Source: Amoebidium appalachense
Lineage: Eukaryota; Protista; Ichthyosporea
Assembly (NCBI GenBank): GCA_963693365.1
Contig: CAVNZM010000010.1
Span: forward strand, 5,090,060 to 5,154,059
DNA length: 64,000 nt
Direction: 5' to 3'
In this document: piece after piece, positions 1 through 20,820 of the stretch
Layout: each line of letters opens with the position of its first letter
How positions within the stretch are numbered: position 1 is the stretch's first letter
Position numbers and translations under genes: made by a program
Notes under the pieces: model-generated
The model's input: only the letters and a program-made list of their open reading frames with translations
What the model was told of the DNA's origin: nothing
The model's database searches: none

Positions 1-451
1 TCTCTTATATCCAAGGGTCACTTACATGTGATATTTTTTTATGGGCCCCGTCGGTGTGCCGCGGACAAAATAAATTTCTTCCTGTTTTCCCGTGTTTCAG
101 TATAGTCACCCATGCAGCTTTCAAGGCCTACTACTCTCTGTTTCACTCCTTTGCTATTCATACACACCCACACACTCACACTTACACTCTCACTCGCACA
201 GGCACGTGCGCACGCGCACGCACACATAGATACACACGTACGCATCACGCACGCAAGCACAAACACTCACATTTAGCACTCCTTCTATTGGCTCCTTCCC
301 CGAACCAGGCTCCCTCAAACACACACACCCACACAAACACATACTACAGGTACGCACACATGTAACCAACCTTCCCCCCTTCTTCTCCCCCTTCCGCACG
401 AATGCACACGGGTGCACACACGCAGCACGCGCACGCACACACACACACACG

Positions 452-575
<124 letters not shown>

Positions 576-579
576 ACAG

Positions 580-10249
<9,670 letters not shown>

Positions 10250-11750
10250 GCCTAGCGTGGATGTATGAATGCAATTCCTAATATTAATGTATAATTGCTA
10301 ATTTATTTCTATTGCTAAGCGTATTGTGTGTCTGTCTCTGGTCGTAACTGATATTTTGCCTAGACTCCTTGTTCTCTAAGAGTGTGACGGTTTTGATGCT
10401 TTTGATTGAGATGCAGTTGCAAATCTAAAACAACCCCGAATGAAGGTCAGGTGTAGGTTAGAAATTCAAAATTTAAACAGGTTTATGGCAGGAAAGAAAG
10501 ACACATCGATATTCGAATGTCAGGGGTTATATTTTGGGAATATATGCGGGAGACTTCACTTTTACTTCGATCTCTTAGCTGTCACGTCAGCTTTGTTTCC
10601 CGATTCTTCACCATGGCAGGTATATAAAGGCTTTCGTTTTTTCTTTTTGTGGTGGGAACGGGTCCCACTCAGGGGAACGTGACACTGTGTGTGTGTAGTG
10701 CGGCCTTGTCTATTCCTACTGCTGTGAGAGTGTGGGGACATCTCCCTTCCGCGGAGTTTCTCGCTTGAGGAGTGGTTTCTTCGACATCTGGTGGCCCACT
10801 GCAACTTATGGTGACTACTCCATGCCATCAACGCTTCTACGCGAGCTATTGGCGGTGGGCTGCTGCAACTTCTTCAACTGCTTCTGCGCTGCATGAGTGG
10901 AGGGGTAGCTACTGGGTCGTCGAGGAGCTTTCCTTGTGGCTGCCGTGTTTTCAGCCTTCAGCAGTATGGCAATGACTGGGTTTGCTTGCATGCATTCTAT
11001 AGTTGTGTTTTCCTGTGTGTCCTGCCACAACTAGGCCACCTTATCAAAGAGTTAGAGACAGCTTCTGCGGGTTTTCTAGGGGACGGGCCCGTGGGGATTG
11101 TTTTCTCGCTCGGATTTGGTCTGCATTGCTCTTTAAAGGGCTGACTTGCTTGCTTTGACCCGGTAGGTTTTGAGGGGGCCTGTTGGGGGGCAGCAGTAAT
11201 GATGTCTTCTTGCGGAGTGTGGCCTAGTCATCATCGCTGCATATGACTAGTTGGAGCAAACTAGTTTCACGCATACACGTGCACTTGTACCTTTGCCCGC
11301 TGGTGTCCTTTGGTCACTTGTTGTTTTATTTTTTATTTCATCGCTGTGGCTCTTTCGAAGTCGGTTATTTTGGTGGTCATGTAGCCTGTGGCTGCACGTT
11401 GCCTTCATATCCACTGGATCACTGATCAATAAATCCCAGTCGAGAGAAAAATATTCCTCTTTTTTTTTGTTGTTTTATAAAGTATTGGGTGAATTAATAA
11501 AGTACGGACAGCCTGTTGCTGTGCATGCTCATAGACCAGACAAGTAATAGTACTGTTTACTACTCCTTCATGACATGGTGGATCGTTGCCTACTTTCCTA
11601 CCTTTGTTCGTATATATAATAGTATCTTGAATTGTTTTGGGTAGGAACACCTACATAATAAAGTTTGTGGCTGAAATACTGAAGCTTCAACAAGAGAGTA
11701 ACCATGAAAAAAAATGAAATGGACAAATCTAGTACAACTTTTCTGTCTTT

Positions 11751-11786
<36 letters not shown>

Positions 11787-11810
11787 CTGGGCTCATGGAC
11801 GGAGTCCGTC

Positions 11811-12115
<305 letters not shown>

Positions 12116-12428
12116 ACTCCCCCCCCCCCCCCCCCCCCCCCCCTCCCCCCTCCCCCCTCCCCCCCCCCCCCCCCCCTCCCCCTTCTCTTGCTCTGGGTTC
12201 GTTAGCAATACACACTTTCAAAGACAGGTATGATCATTGAAAGTATATTTTTACTAACAGTAAAAGTGAAAATCGTTTGAAAAAAGGTACATTATCGGCG
12301 ACAAGTAAGGAGACTAGAGCGGGAGCCTCGGAGGCTTGAAACCACAAAAAAAAGTCTGTGATATCTCGCATGCTTTTCTTGAATAAAGTCATTATAAAGA
12401 AAAAAAAGGTTACTAAAGCTTAAGGCTG

Positions 12429-13067
12429 TTAAGGGGGATATATCGGTGGGGCGGGCCGGGGGGTCCCCCGGTTAAGCTAATTCGTGATCACGTACCAATC
12501 GGCATGCCGGATTGATCACTCATTGGAAAAAGTTCTGATAAAGATCGGTGAGCCAGATGACCAATGGAATGCATTTAATGAAATGACGTATTGCCGGTTT
12601 TGTATTTTCGGTGTAAGGCCTTGCATGAAAAAACGGTCTCAACGAGCAACAAACATGTTGATAATTGTTTATATATATATATATATCTAGTGCTCTATAC
12701 AAAGCAAAACACTATTACTAATGTCGTTTGTGATACCTTCTCTATTGATTACTGAATTTACTTAGTCAAGCAGGAACAAGAGAGGGCGAATAAAGAACCG
12801 GTTTGTATAGAGCACTAGAGGATATAAAAAAATGAATTTTGAGCCCACATGTTGGGGGGGTCCATCCCGAACCTTGCCCAGCATTTTGCACGGAAAATAA
12901 AACAAATCGGCAATCATCTAAGTTTACAAAATGTCTCCCATTGGTCATCTGGCTCCCGGATCTAGGATGCTTTTCTTATCAGTGATCATTCGGCGCACAG
13001 ATTGGATCGTGATCACGCACGCCTTTAACCGCCGGCCAGCCGCACGGTCCCGCACCGGTATATCCCT
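12429..13067. mobile_element. Non-autonomous DNA transposon (MITE) with long imperfect inverted repeats; TTAA-GGG termini, Kolobok-like
   Basis: Left end TTAA-GGGGGATATATCGGTG and right end CACCGGTATATCCC-T. Internal inverted matches: GAGCCAGATGACCAATGG (12550-12567) with CCATTGGTCATCTGGCTC (12938-12955), and 12484-12520 with 12981-13016. No ORF. The superfamily is inferred from the termini only. Confidence 0.65.
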
Positions 13068-13425
13068 TAGGGGATGGTTTGCCGGCAATGTGATCGGGGG
13101 ATCCAATTGATCGGAATCGATCAAATTCCAGTCAGTGAGCCGGCTAAAATTGTCACTTTCGGGGCTTTTGATGACAGCTGTCTAAGTTTCGACGCTAGAT
13201 CCAGAGAGAATGACTGCATAAATATGCCCTGAAAATAGAATCCTACTAATAAAGTGGGGGGTAATTACATAATTTTTTTTATAATTAAAGCCCCTCGTAA
13301 GGTCTTATTATACCCTCTATATAACTGCTCTCTATAATTGCTTATGCTAAGTCTGGCGTCTATGTCATGGTAGACTAGCCGGACATAGGTCAGCCCGAGC
13401 AGACTGCCTAAAAAAATATAGTCCC

Positions 13426-14030
13426 TGTCGTGGCAACAAACAGAGTGTATATGAACTACTCTAACTATCTGCACGCTTAAAGGGGCTCGAAACCGTGTAT
13501 ACGTATAAACTTTTCTTTGAGTTGGGTGGGAAGCGAGTTTTTTGTGTTCTGAGAAGAACTTCCAAAAGCCCGCGACCCCGCGAGACACTTCACAGACACG
13601 CGGCCCACTGGCCAGACAAATACCACAGTGACATTCAGCCAATCACAACACTCCCTCCCCCACAGACTACACGCACTCCACACCATTGGCTACCGCGACC
13701 TCAGACACCCCTACAGCACTACAACACGTACACACGTTTACTCACAATACATATAAGCATACACACACGCGAGCAGGCAACATGGGTCTCGCCACGCACA
13801 CAGCAAGAAGCAATACAACATTTAACATGGAGAGTACGCAGAGGCATGGGGCATGCACGCGCGCACCAAACAATCAGCCGCCGCTGCATCAGATTCTCCC
13901 CATACCACTGATTAATCTCCTCATACCCCATTTAGACCCCGGCATCACTATGCAAGAAAACCCCCGAAATTAACTCACCAAAACACAAAATATAGAAGTA
14001 AACTAATACGAATCAGCTCAGCACATGACA
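13426..14030 (-). repeat. 3' LTR of the non-autonomous LTR element
   Basis: Direct repeat of 15518-16122 with TG...CA ends and adjacent PPT. Confidence 0.9.
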
Positions 14031-15517
14031 ACTCCCCCCTCGCACAGAAAATAACTGAGTTCCACCTCAGTAAAAACTACCTAAAAACAAAATAAAGTTA
14101 TGTGCTGAGCGACTACAACTACCGCTACCCATGCAGGAAGCAACATTTAACATATAACATAAAACATATACATACATCCACACACCACCCCACCATGGTT
14201 AATACCCAACCCAACCCCAAAACAAGGATAAGAACCGCCACTGACGTTGCCCTGTAGATGCACCTCTGCCCCCGTCCACAACCTGCACCCAAAACCCCAT
14301 GCCCCTGGCACAATGTTATATCGAGTGGAACATAGCAACAGACATGATAACAGACACCATCCATACAACCACACTCAGCATGCCCCATCCACAAAGAATT
14401 CCTAGCAAAACCTAACATGCCACTGACGAACACCTCCAGACTCATGTGACGTACACCTCCAGACTCTCTTGCTGGCCATTCCTCTACCCGACAAAGACTC
14501 CTACTACGTAGGTCCCGGTGGTTTGGGAATGCCTCCGCCCCAACCGTGCCCTACCCAGCGGTGTGTCTAAGGCCTACTGCTGCACTGGGCACCACAACAC
14601 TACTCAACAACACTACGGGCAGCCACTCCAAAGGGCCTCAACACCAGGCCCAGGGCAGCCACTCCAAGGGGCCTCAGCACCAGGCCCTTTGACGACGGGG
14701 GTTCACAACAGTGGGGGCCTGCCACTGCCATGACTACACTTCGACCCCCCCCCAGCCCCCTCGTCAGAGGGCCGAGCTCCCAGACAGCAGCAGGACTTTC
14801 TATTCCACTGACCCTAATCACACACGTCGCCAACACAGGACTCATACACACGTCGAAAACGCCAGGCACCAGTAGAAAACTCGCCGAAAAATAACACCAC
14901 ACAACAGTTACTCCCATAGTATTACAACAACAACAACCCAAGAGATGGCCTACCCCCTAATAAAACCTTCATACCAGCAACACGGTCACCGACGTCCCTG
15001 CCCCCCACGACGGGGCTGTTTACACCACGCGTTGCCCCCGCTCCTTGCAGTTGTCGCAGGTGCACACCTGGGAAAGAGCCTGGCGCCGGCTCTTGCTGTC
15101 CCGCCCAAAGACGCTAGTCTGGCCCATCTGTTATCCCGTTGTGGCCGTGGCTGGTAGGGCTGGCAGTAGCGCCGTGGGGAGGGTGACCGCCGCCGGTCCC
15201 CTCTGAGGCCTCTGCTGGGCAAACGGCCCTGAGCTTGCTAAGTCACCTAGGGAGGTCAAGGTCCTTAGCGAGGACTAAGTCCCCTGTGATACTAGTCCTA
15301 CTGCTCATGTTGCCTATGCCAACTGTTGCTAGCTGTAGGTCTGTGTGTGCGTATGTTTCTTCTACCTCTAACCGTCGAAAAAGGCCTAAGACAAAACCAC
15401 TCATAACCGCTAGGCGTGAAAAAAAAAAAAAACTAGGGGTGAAAGCAACAGCCCAGAAGGACTAACAGTGCGTGTGCCCCCTCCCTGCAAAAAACTGCAG
15501 AGAAAGGGGGTGTAGCT

Positions 15518-16122
15518 TGTCGTGGCAACAAACAGAGTGTATATGAACTACTCTAACTATCTGCACGCTTAAAGGGGCTCGAAACCGTGTATACGTATAA
15601 ACTTTTCTTTGAGTTGGGTGGGAAGCGAGTTTTTTGTGTTCTGAGAAGAACTTCCAAAAGCCCGCGGCCCCGCGAGACACTTCACAGACACGCGGCCCAC
15701 TGGCCAGACAAATACCACAGTGACATTCAGCCAATCACAACACTCCCTCCCCCACAGACTACACGCACTCCACACCATTGGCTAAAGCGACCTCAGACAC
15801 CCCTACAGCACTACAACACGTACACACGTTTACTCACAATACATATAAGCATACACACACGCGAGCAGGCAACATGGGTCTCGCCACGCACACAGCAAGA
15901 AGCAATACAACATTTAACATGGAGAGTACGCAGAGGCATGGGGCATGCACGCGCGCACCAAACAATCAGCCGCCGCTGCATCAGATTCTCCCCATACCAC
16001 TGATTAATCTCCTCATACCCCATTTAGACCCCGGCATCACTATGCAAGAAAACCCCCGAAATTAACTCACCAAAACACAAAATATAGAAGTAAACTAATA
16101 CGAATCAGCTCAGCACATGACA
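15518..16122 (-). repeat. 5' LTR of the non-autonomous LTR element
   Basis: Direct repeat of 13426-14030 with TG...CA ends. Confidence 0.9.
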
Positions 16123-16305
16123 GTCCCCAGCCAGAGGCTCGCACATGGGTGCAATAGGTCCATGGCCAAGGGCTTACCCAGATCGGCCAAAACTTTTGAC
16201 ATTGCCGCTGGGGGACAGCGACTGCTATATCTTATGACATCTATGTAGTACCGCCTGGGATAGAACAACCCTATGTTGAAACTACCCTGAGATAGAACAA
16301 CCCCC

Positions 16306-16336
<31 letters not shown>

Positions 16337-16367
16337 AAAAAAAAAAAAAAACGTTCGATCCCCGACC

Positions 16368-16405
<38 letters not shown>

Positions 16406-16613
16406 AGTCGCAAAACACTGTCTTCTTGTAGCCAGTACAGTACAATGGTGCAGTGTAGTCGCAGCCCAGGCCATGCATGGCAGATGTCGGTCGACGTCCG
16501 TGCTGGCGCAGGCACATGAATTCGAGCGCTACATAACCCTTTAAATGCTAGCTATATGCAGTGTGTCCCTTGGTGCTCATGGGGTTTCCCCCCTTTTTTT
16601 ACCCTTTTAAGAA

Positions 16614-16929
16614 AATTTGTGTCCCTCTTGATCACTCCATATAACATCTCCATCTTGCAGTTGCTAGCCGGGCATGGTGGCTTTCCAACTATTCAACTAC
16701 TACCTTTGCGCAATCACTGTGGCACTATGTTTGCGCCATCACCTACGATAGACCTACCTGGGGGGTTTACGCTGTTTACTAGAGGCAAAGAGAAACCAGT
16801 CTCAGGTATGGGGGGGTTTTTGCTCGGAATATCCCTTTAGATAGAACGACCCCCAAGGGGGGAAACGAAGGCCCTGGTTGTTTTAGCCCAGGCGTAACTG
16901 TATACCATACTAAACAAAAGATGGGTGCC
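16614..16929 (+). repeat. Left copy of 316-bp direct repeat flanking the copia element
   Basis: AATTTGTGTCCCTCTTG...AAGATGGGTGCC, identical by eye to 20505-20820 (offset 3891). Confidence 0.92.
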
Positions 16930-17282
16930 TGTCGAACAGGATAGCCATCCGGTATGCCCTGCGTTAGCGTAGCACTAGTGATCGGGAATATTCGAGATAT
17001 TCGGGATAAACTGGTGGATAGGTTCACGATAGATCAGGATAGATCTAGAAGAGTCTAGAAGAATCTATTGGAGTGTTTTGATTGGTAGCGACTAGATCCA
17101 TAGCGGCGGGTAGACCAATCGGGAATAGTATGTAACATTCCAGTGAGCCAGACCACAAGTATATAAAGGTCCCGGTGGGCCAGTCAATGTAAGTCAGCAA
17201 ATAATAAAGTCTCACAGAGAAACCTCTAAGTTACGGTTACGGACCCAGTACAACGCTACGATCAAGCGACTGTTGAGACAAG

Positions 17283-19958
17283 ATGGGAAGAGCAAAATGT
17301 CCAGTTCCCATGTATGAAGGAGAAGGCAAGGGCAAAATCTCCTACTCAATGTGGGCCATGCGCATGAAGTGCTTCCTCGAGGGCGAGGAATTATGGTACA
17401 CGATTGAAGACGTGGCTCCTGAAGTGATAGGAGAGGACGGCGAACCGGTGGAGCAACCTCCGGTGGAGATCGACCCCTTGGATCAGAAGAAGGCGACTTC
17501 CTACCTGGTGGAGACACTAGGTGATGTACCTGCAAGCCTGTGTCGGCGAGCTATTGCCGTAGGAAATCCCAAGGACATATGGGATACGGTAGCATCATAC
17601 GCTGCGCGCAACACAGATGAGCACAAGAGAATGTTGATTCAACAGTTCTGGCGTGCTGATATGATGCCGACGGAAAGCGTGCTGGAGTATGCGGCCCGCC
17701 TGGAGTGCATTGTGCAGGATCTTCTTCATATCGATCCCAATGGAGTTAGTGAGGACATGGTTGCCGAGAAATTCCTGGACGGTGTAGGCGCTGACGACCG
17801 ATTCCGCACCGACGTTAGGACCATTCAAGCTTTACCAGCAGCTGAGAAGACAATGGAAAAGATAATCGCCAAGCTGCGTGGTTTTGAGGAGAACGAGGCT
17901 GCAAGGGAACAGCAGCGGGTGATGATGACCAGCACCCAATGGCGCGGCGGTACGCCACGACAGGACACCGGCAAGCCGCGCGTGACTGACATATCCAAGG
18001 TGGAGTGTTACAAATGTCACAAGTTTGGGCACTACAAGTCACAGTGTCCAAAGAAGAAGAAGGGCGGCAATCGCGGCGACAAGGCGAAGCAGAACGGAGC
18101 TTCCAAGGAGATACTCGCCATGGCGGTAAACAGCGGACTCCCTTCTTCAACTGAGTGGTATTGGGACTGCGGCGCAACCTCCCATGTCACATGCCGAAAG
18201 GACTGGATGGAAGACTTCCGGTCGATCACACCCAAACCCGTCGCTCTGGGTAACACCCCGGGTGTGATGGCGCTAGGAATAGGCGTCGTAAGATTAACAA
18301 GTGAGTTCCAGGGCAACAGCATGACATTTAGACTGCAGAATGTGCTGTACGTGCCAGCATTTGGAACTAACGTGATGTCGGCTTCAAGCGCCGGCAAGCA
18401 CGGGTTAAGAATCATCACCGACGGTCGACAGTGTACGATTGAGAGTGCCACAGATGGCCAAGTTGTGGCCCGTGGGGTAGTGGAGGGAGGCCTGTATCGT
18501 CTCCTAGTGAAACCCGTATGTGAGAGCGTGAACATGGTGACCACTGCAGTCGGCGGCAGTGGGGGTAACACCGTGTGTGAGCCGGTAAAGGGCAGCGCCA
18601 GTTTATGGCACCGGCGGTTTGGTCATGTGGCAATAAACACGCTACAGAAGATGGTTAAAGAAAACATCGTCGAGGGTCTGTGCATCGACTGCAAAACCCA
18701 GGATGACGGTGTGTGCGAGGGATGCGCGAGAGGGAAGCAAGCCCGGCTCTCTTTCAGTAAGCTACCCCGCAAGACAGCGCCAGCGAAGCTCGACAGAGTT
18801 CATTCTGATGTGGCAGGACCGTTCAACAAGGAGTCGCTGCAAGGTTCCAAGTATTATGTCACCTTCATCGACGACAAGACAAGGTTCACTACGGTGTACT
18901 TCATGAAACATAAATCCCAAGTGCATACTTACTTCAAGAAGTACAAGGCACACGTAGAGAAGCAACACGGTGCCAGCATCAAGATTCTGCGTTCCGACAA
19001 CGGGGGTGAGTACACCTCCACTGAGTTCAAGTCGTTCCTGGAAGCGTGCGGCATTGAACATGAGGCGACAGTCCCTTACACACCAGAGCAGAATGGTGTA
19101 GCAGAGAGGGCTAACAGGACCATTGTCGAGACGGCGCGCTGCATGCTGCAGTCAGCAGGCATGAGTATGGGGTTCTGGCAGCTAGCAGTACAGGCAGCTG
19201 TGTACATCAAGAACCTGACGCCAACCACAGTACTGGGTGGCATGACACCTTGGGAGGCATGGTATGGAGAGAAGCCCGATGTTAGCCATCTACGTGTATT
19301 TGGTAGCAAGGCATTTGTCCATGTGCCGAAGGACGAGCGCAGGAAGCTAGACGCCAAGAGTCGGGAGTGTAAATTCGTCGGCTACACAGGTGACAGCAAG
19401 ACGTACTTGTTGTGGGACACCGAGGCGCGCAAGACTATCGTCGGGCGAGATGTGGTGATCGACTCGGATGAATCATGCACCCCAAAGGCCGGTATTCCGG
19501 TGGTGCAAGATGAGCCAATGGAATTGCTGATGCATAAGCCAATCGGAAATCAGCAGAGCTTGGAATCGAGGAATCCAATCAGCGTCAAGAAGCAACATTC
19601 CTTTCGGAAGCCTGCAATCGGCACTGACAGTGGATATGATTCAGATGCTATCGGCGACGGCGCGGGCGAGGACAGCGGCGATTCGGACGCGGCAGGGTCA
19701 GGAGACGAGGAAGATAGTGCAGAGTTGCAGGTTGCAACCAGAAGTGCCTATCCGTCTATGACTACAAGGCGCGGTGGGACCTACGGCATCAACGCAGGTG
19801 TAGTAGAGTACCGCGACAGTATCAGCATGGCAATTGAGAGTGCTGATAGCAATGAGGATGACCCTGTGACACTGGAAGAAGCAATCTCCAGGCCAGCATC
19901 AAACACATCGACGTTCAGTACCACTACACCCGTGAGTGTGTGGAGAATGGGGATGTAG
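17283..19958 (+). CDS. Copia Gag-protease-integrase polyprotein (891 aa), truncated before reverse transcriptase
   Basis: CCHC knuckle CYKCHKFGHYKSQC; protease WYWDCGATSH; GAG-pre-integrase LWHRRFGH...CEGC; integrase DDE (HSDVAGP, RSDNGGEY, NGVAERANR); SH3-like RVFGSKAFVHVP. Ends shortly after DPVTLEEAISRP. Confidence 0.95.
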   Translation: MGRAKCPVPMYEGEGKGKISYSMWAMRMKCFLEGEELWYTIEDVAPEVIGEDGEPVEQPPVEIDPLDQKKATSYLVETLGDVPASLCRRAIAVGNPKDIWDTVASYAARNTDEHKRMLIQQFWRADMMPTESVLEYAARLECIVQDLLHIDPNGVSEDMVAEKFLDGVGADDRFRTDVRTIQALPAAEKTMEKIIAKLRGFEENEAAREQQRVMMTSTQWRGGTPRQDTGKPRVTDISKVECYKCHKFGHYKSQCPKKKKGGNRGDKAKQNGASKEILAMAVNSGLPSSTEWYWDCGATSHVTCRKDWMEDFRSITPKPVALGNTPGVMALGIGVVRLTSEFQGNSMTFRLQNVLYVPAFGTNVMSASSAGKHGLRIITDGRQCTIESATDGQVVARGVVEGGLYRLLVKPVCESVNMVTTAVGGSGGNTVCEPVKGSASLWHRRFGHVAINTLQKMVKENIVEGLCIDCKTQDDGVCEGCARGKQARLSFSKLPRKTAPAKLDRVHSDVAGPFNKESLQGSKYYVTFIDDKTRFTTVYFMKHKSQVHTYFKKYKAHVEKQHGASIKILRSDNGGEYTSTEFKSFLEACGIEHEATVPYTPEQNGVAERANRTIVETARCMLQSAGMSMGFWQLAVQAAVYIKNLTPTTVLGGMTPWEAWYGEKPDVSHLRVFGSKAFVHVPKDERRKLDAKSRECKFVGYTGDSKTYLLWDTEARKTIVGRDVVIDSDESCTPKAGIPVVQDEPMELLMHKPIGNQQSLESRNPISVKKQHSFRKPAIGTDSGYDSDAIGDGAGEDSGDSDAAGSGDEEDSAELQVATRSAYPSMTTRRGGTYGINAGVVEYRDSISMAIESADSNEDDPVTLEEAISRPASNTSTFSTTTPVSVWRMGM

Positions 19959-20065
19959 AACTTGTGTATTGCAGCACGAACAGTAACGTGGCCGACATGT
20001 GCACCAAAGCTTTAGGGAGACTTAAGTTGATGCAGCATCGGCAGGCCATCGGCATGGCTGAGTAA
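19898..20065 (+). pseudogene. Out-of-frame C-terminal RNase H remnant of copia Pol
   Basis: Translates IKHIDVQYHYTRECVENGDVELVYCSTNSNVADMCTKALG..*, containing the KHIDxxYH...ADxxTK copia RNase H motif. Confidence 0.9.
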
Positions 20066-20504
20066 GAACTACAATTAGTGTAGTGTTAATGTTCGTGTAG
20101 TAGGTGTTATATGTGTTAGTATAGTAGCATAGTTTTAGAGTTGCATCTTAGGTTTAGGTTGCATGCGGTAGATAGATAGAACACAGTGCAAGTGGGGGTG
20201 TCGAACAGGATAGCCATCCGGTATGCCCTGCGTTAGCGTAGCACTAGTGATCGGGAATATTCGAGATATTCGGGATAAACTGGTGGATAGGTTCACGATA
20301 GATCAGGATAGATCTAGAAGAGTCTAGAAGAATCTATTGGAGTGTTTTGATTGGTAGCGACTAGATCCATAGCGGCGGGTAGACCAATCGGGAATAGTAT
20401 GTAACATTCCAGTGAGCCAGACCACAAGTATATAAAGGTCCCGGTGGGCCAGTCAATGTAAGTCAGCAAATAATAAAGTCTCACAGAGAAACCTCTAAGT
20501 TACG

Positions 20505-20820
20505 AATTTGTGTCCCTCTTGATCACTCCATATAACATCTCCATCTTGCAGTTGCTAGCCGGGCATGGTGGCTTTCCAACTATTCAACTACTACCTTTGC
20601 GCAATCACTGTGGCACTATGTTTGCGCCATCACCTACGATAGACCTACCTGGGGGGTTTACGCTGTTTACTAGAGGCAAAGAGAAACCAGTCTCAGGTAT
20701 GGGGGGGTTTTTGCTCGGAATATCCCTTTAGATAGAACGACCCCCAAGGGGGGAAACGAAGGCCCTGGTTGTTTTAGCCCAGGCGTAACTGTATACCATA
20801 CTAAACAAAAGATGGGTGCC
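20505..20820 (+). repeat. Right copy of 316-bp direct repeat flanking the copia element
   Basis: Identical by eye to 16614-16929; abuts the 3' LTR directly. Confidence 0.92.

Larger units (their letters stand above)
13426..16122 (-). mobile_element. Non-autonomous LTR retroelement (605-bp LTRs, 1.49-kb non-coding interior), probably Gypsy-derived
   Basis: LTRs 13426-14030 and 15518-16122 (TGTCGTG...CATGACA; 3 differences seen). Perfect 5-bp TSD GTCCC (13421-13425 / 16123-16127). Minus-strand PPT GCGAGGGGGGAGT at 14031-14043. Frameshifted zinc-knuckle remnant (CDNCKERG..AWCKQP) on the minus strand near 15015-15065. Confidence 0.9.
16930..20504 (+). mobile_element. Ty1/copia LTR retrotransposon, internally deleted (no RT)
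   Basis: 306-bp LTRs 16930-17235 and 20199-20504, identical by eye, with TATA (TATATAAA ~17160) and AATAAA (~17203). Copia-type PBS GGTTACGGACCCAG at 17235-17248 and PPT AAGTGGGGG before 20199. Domain order gag-PR-IN. Confidence 0.95.

Noticed and set aside
15506-15517. A tRNA-Ala gene
   Set aside because: Only the first 12 nt match and no cloverleaf follows; treated as a candidate primer site instead.
13495-16065. Duplicated 138-aa and 95-aa ORFs at 13.5 and 15.6 kb
   Set aside because: They lie wholly within the two LTR copies and have no domain motifs.
16614-17235. Reading the 316-bp repeat as part of a longer LTR
   Set aside because: The order is A-LTR on the left but LTR-A on the right, and the PBS and PPT abut the 306-bp unit, so A is flanking DNA.
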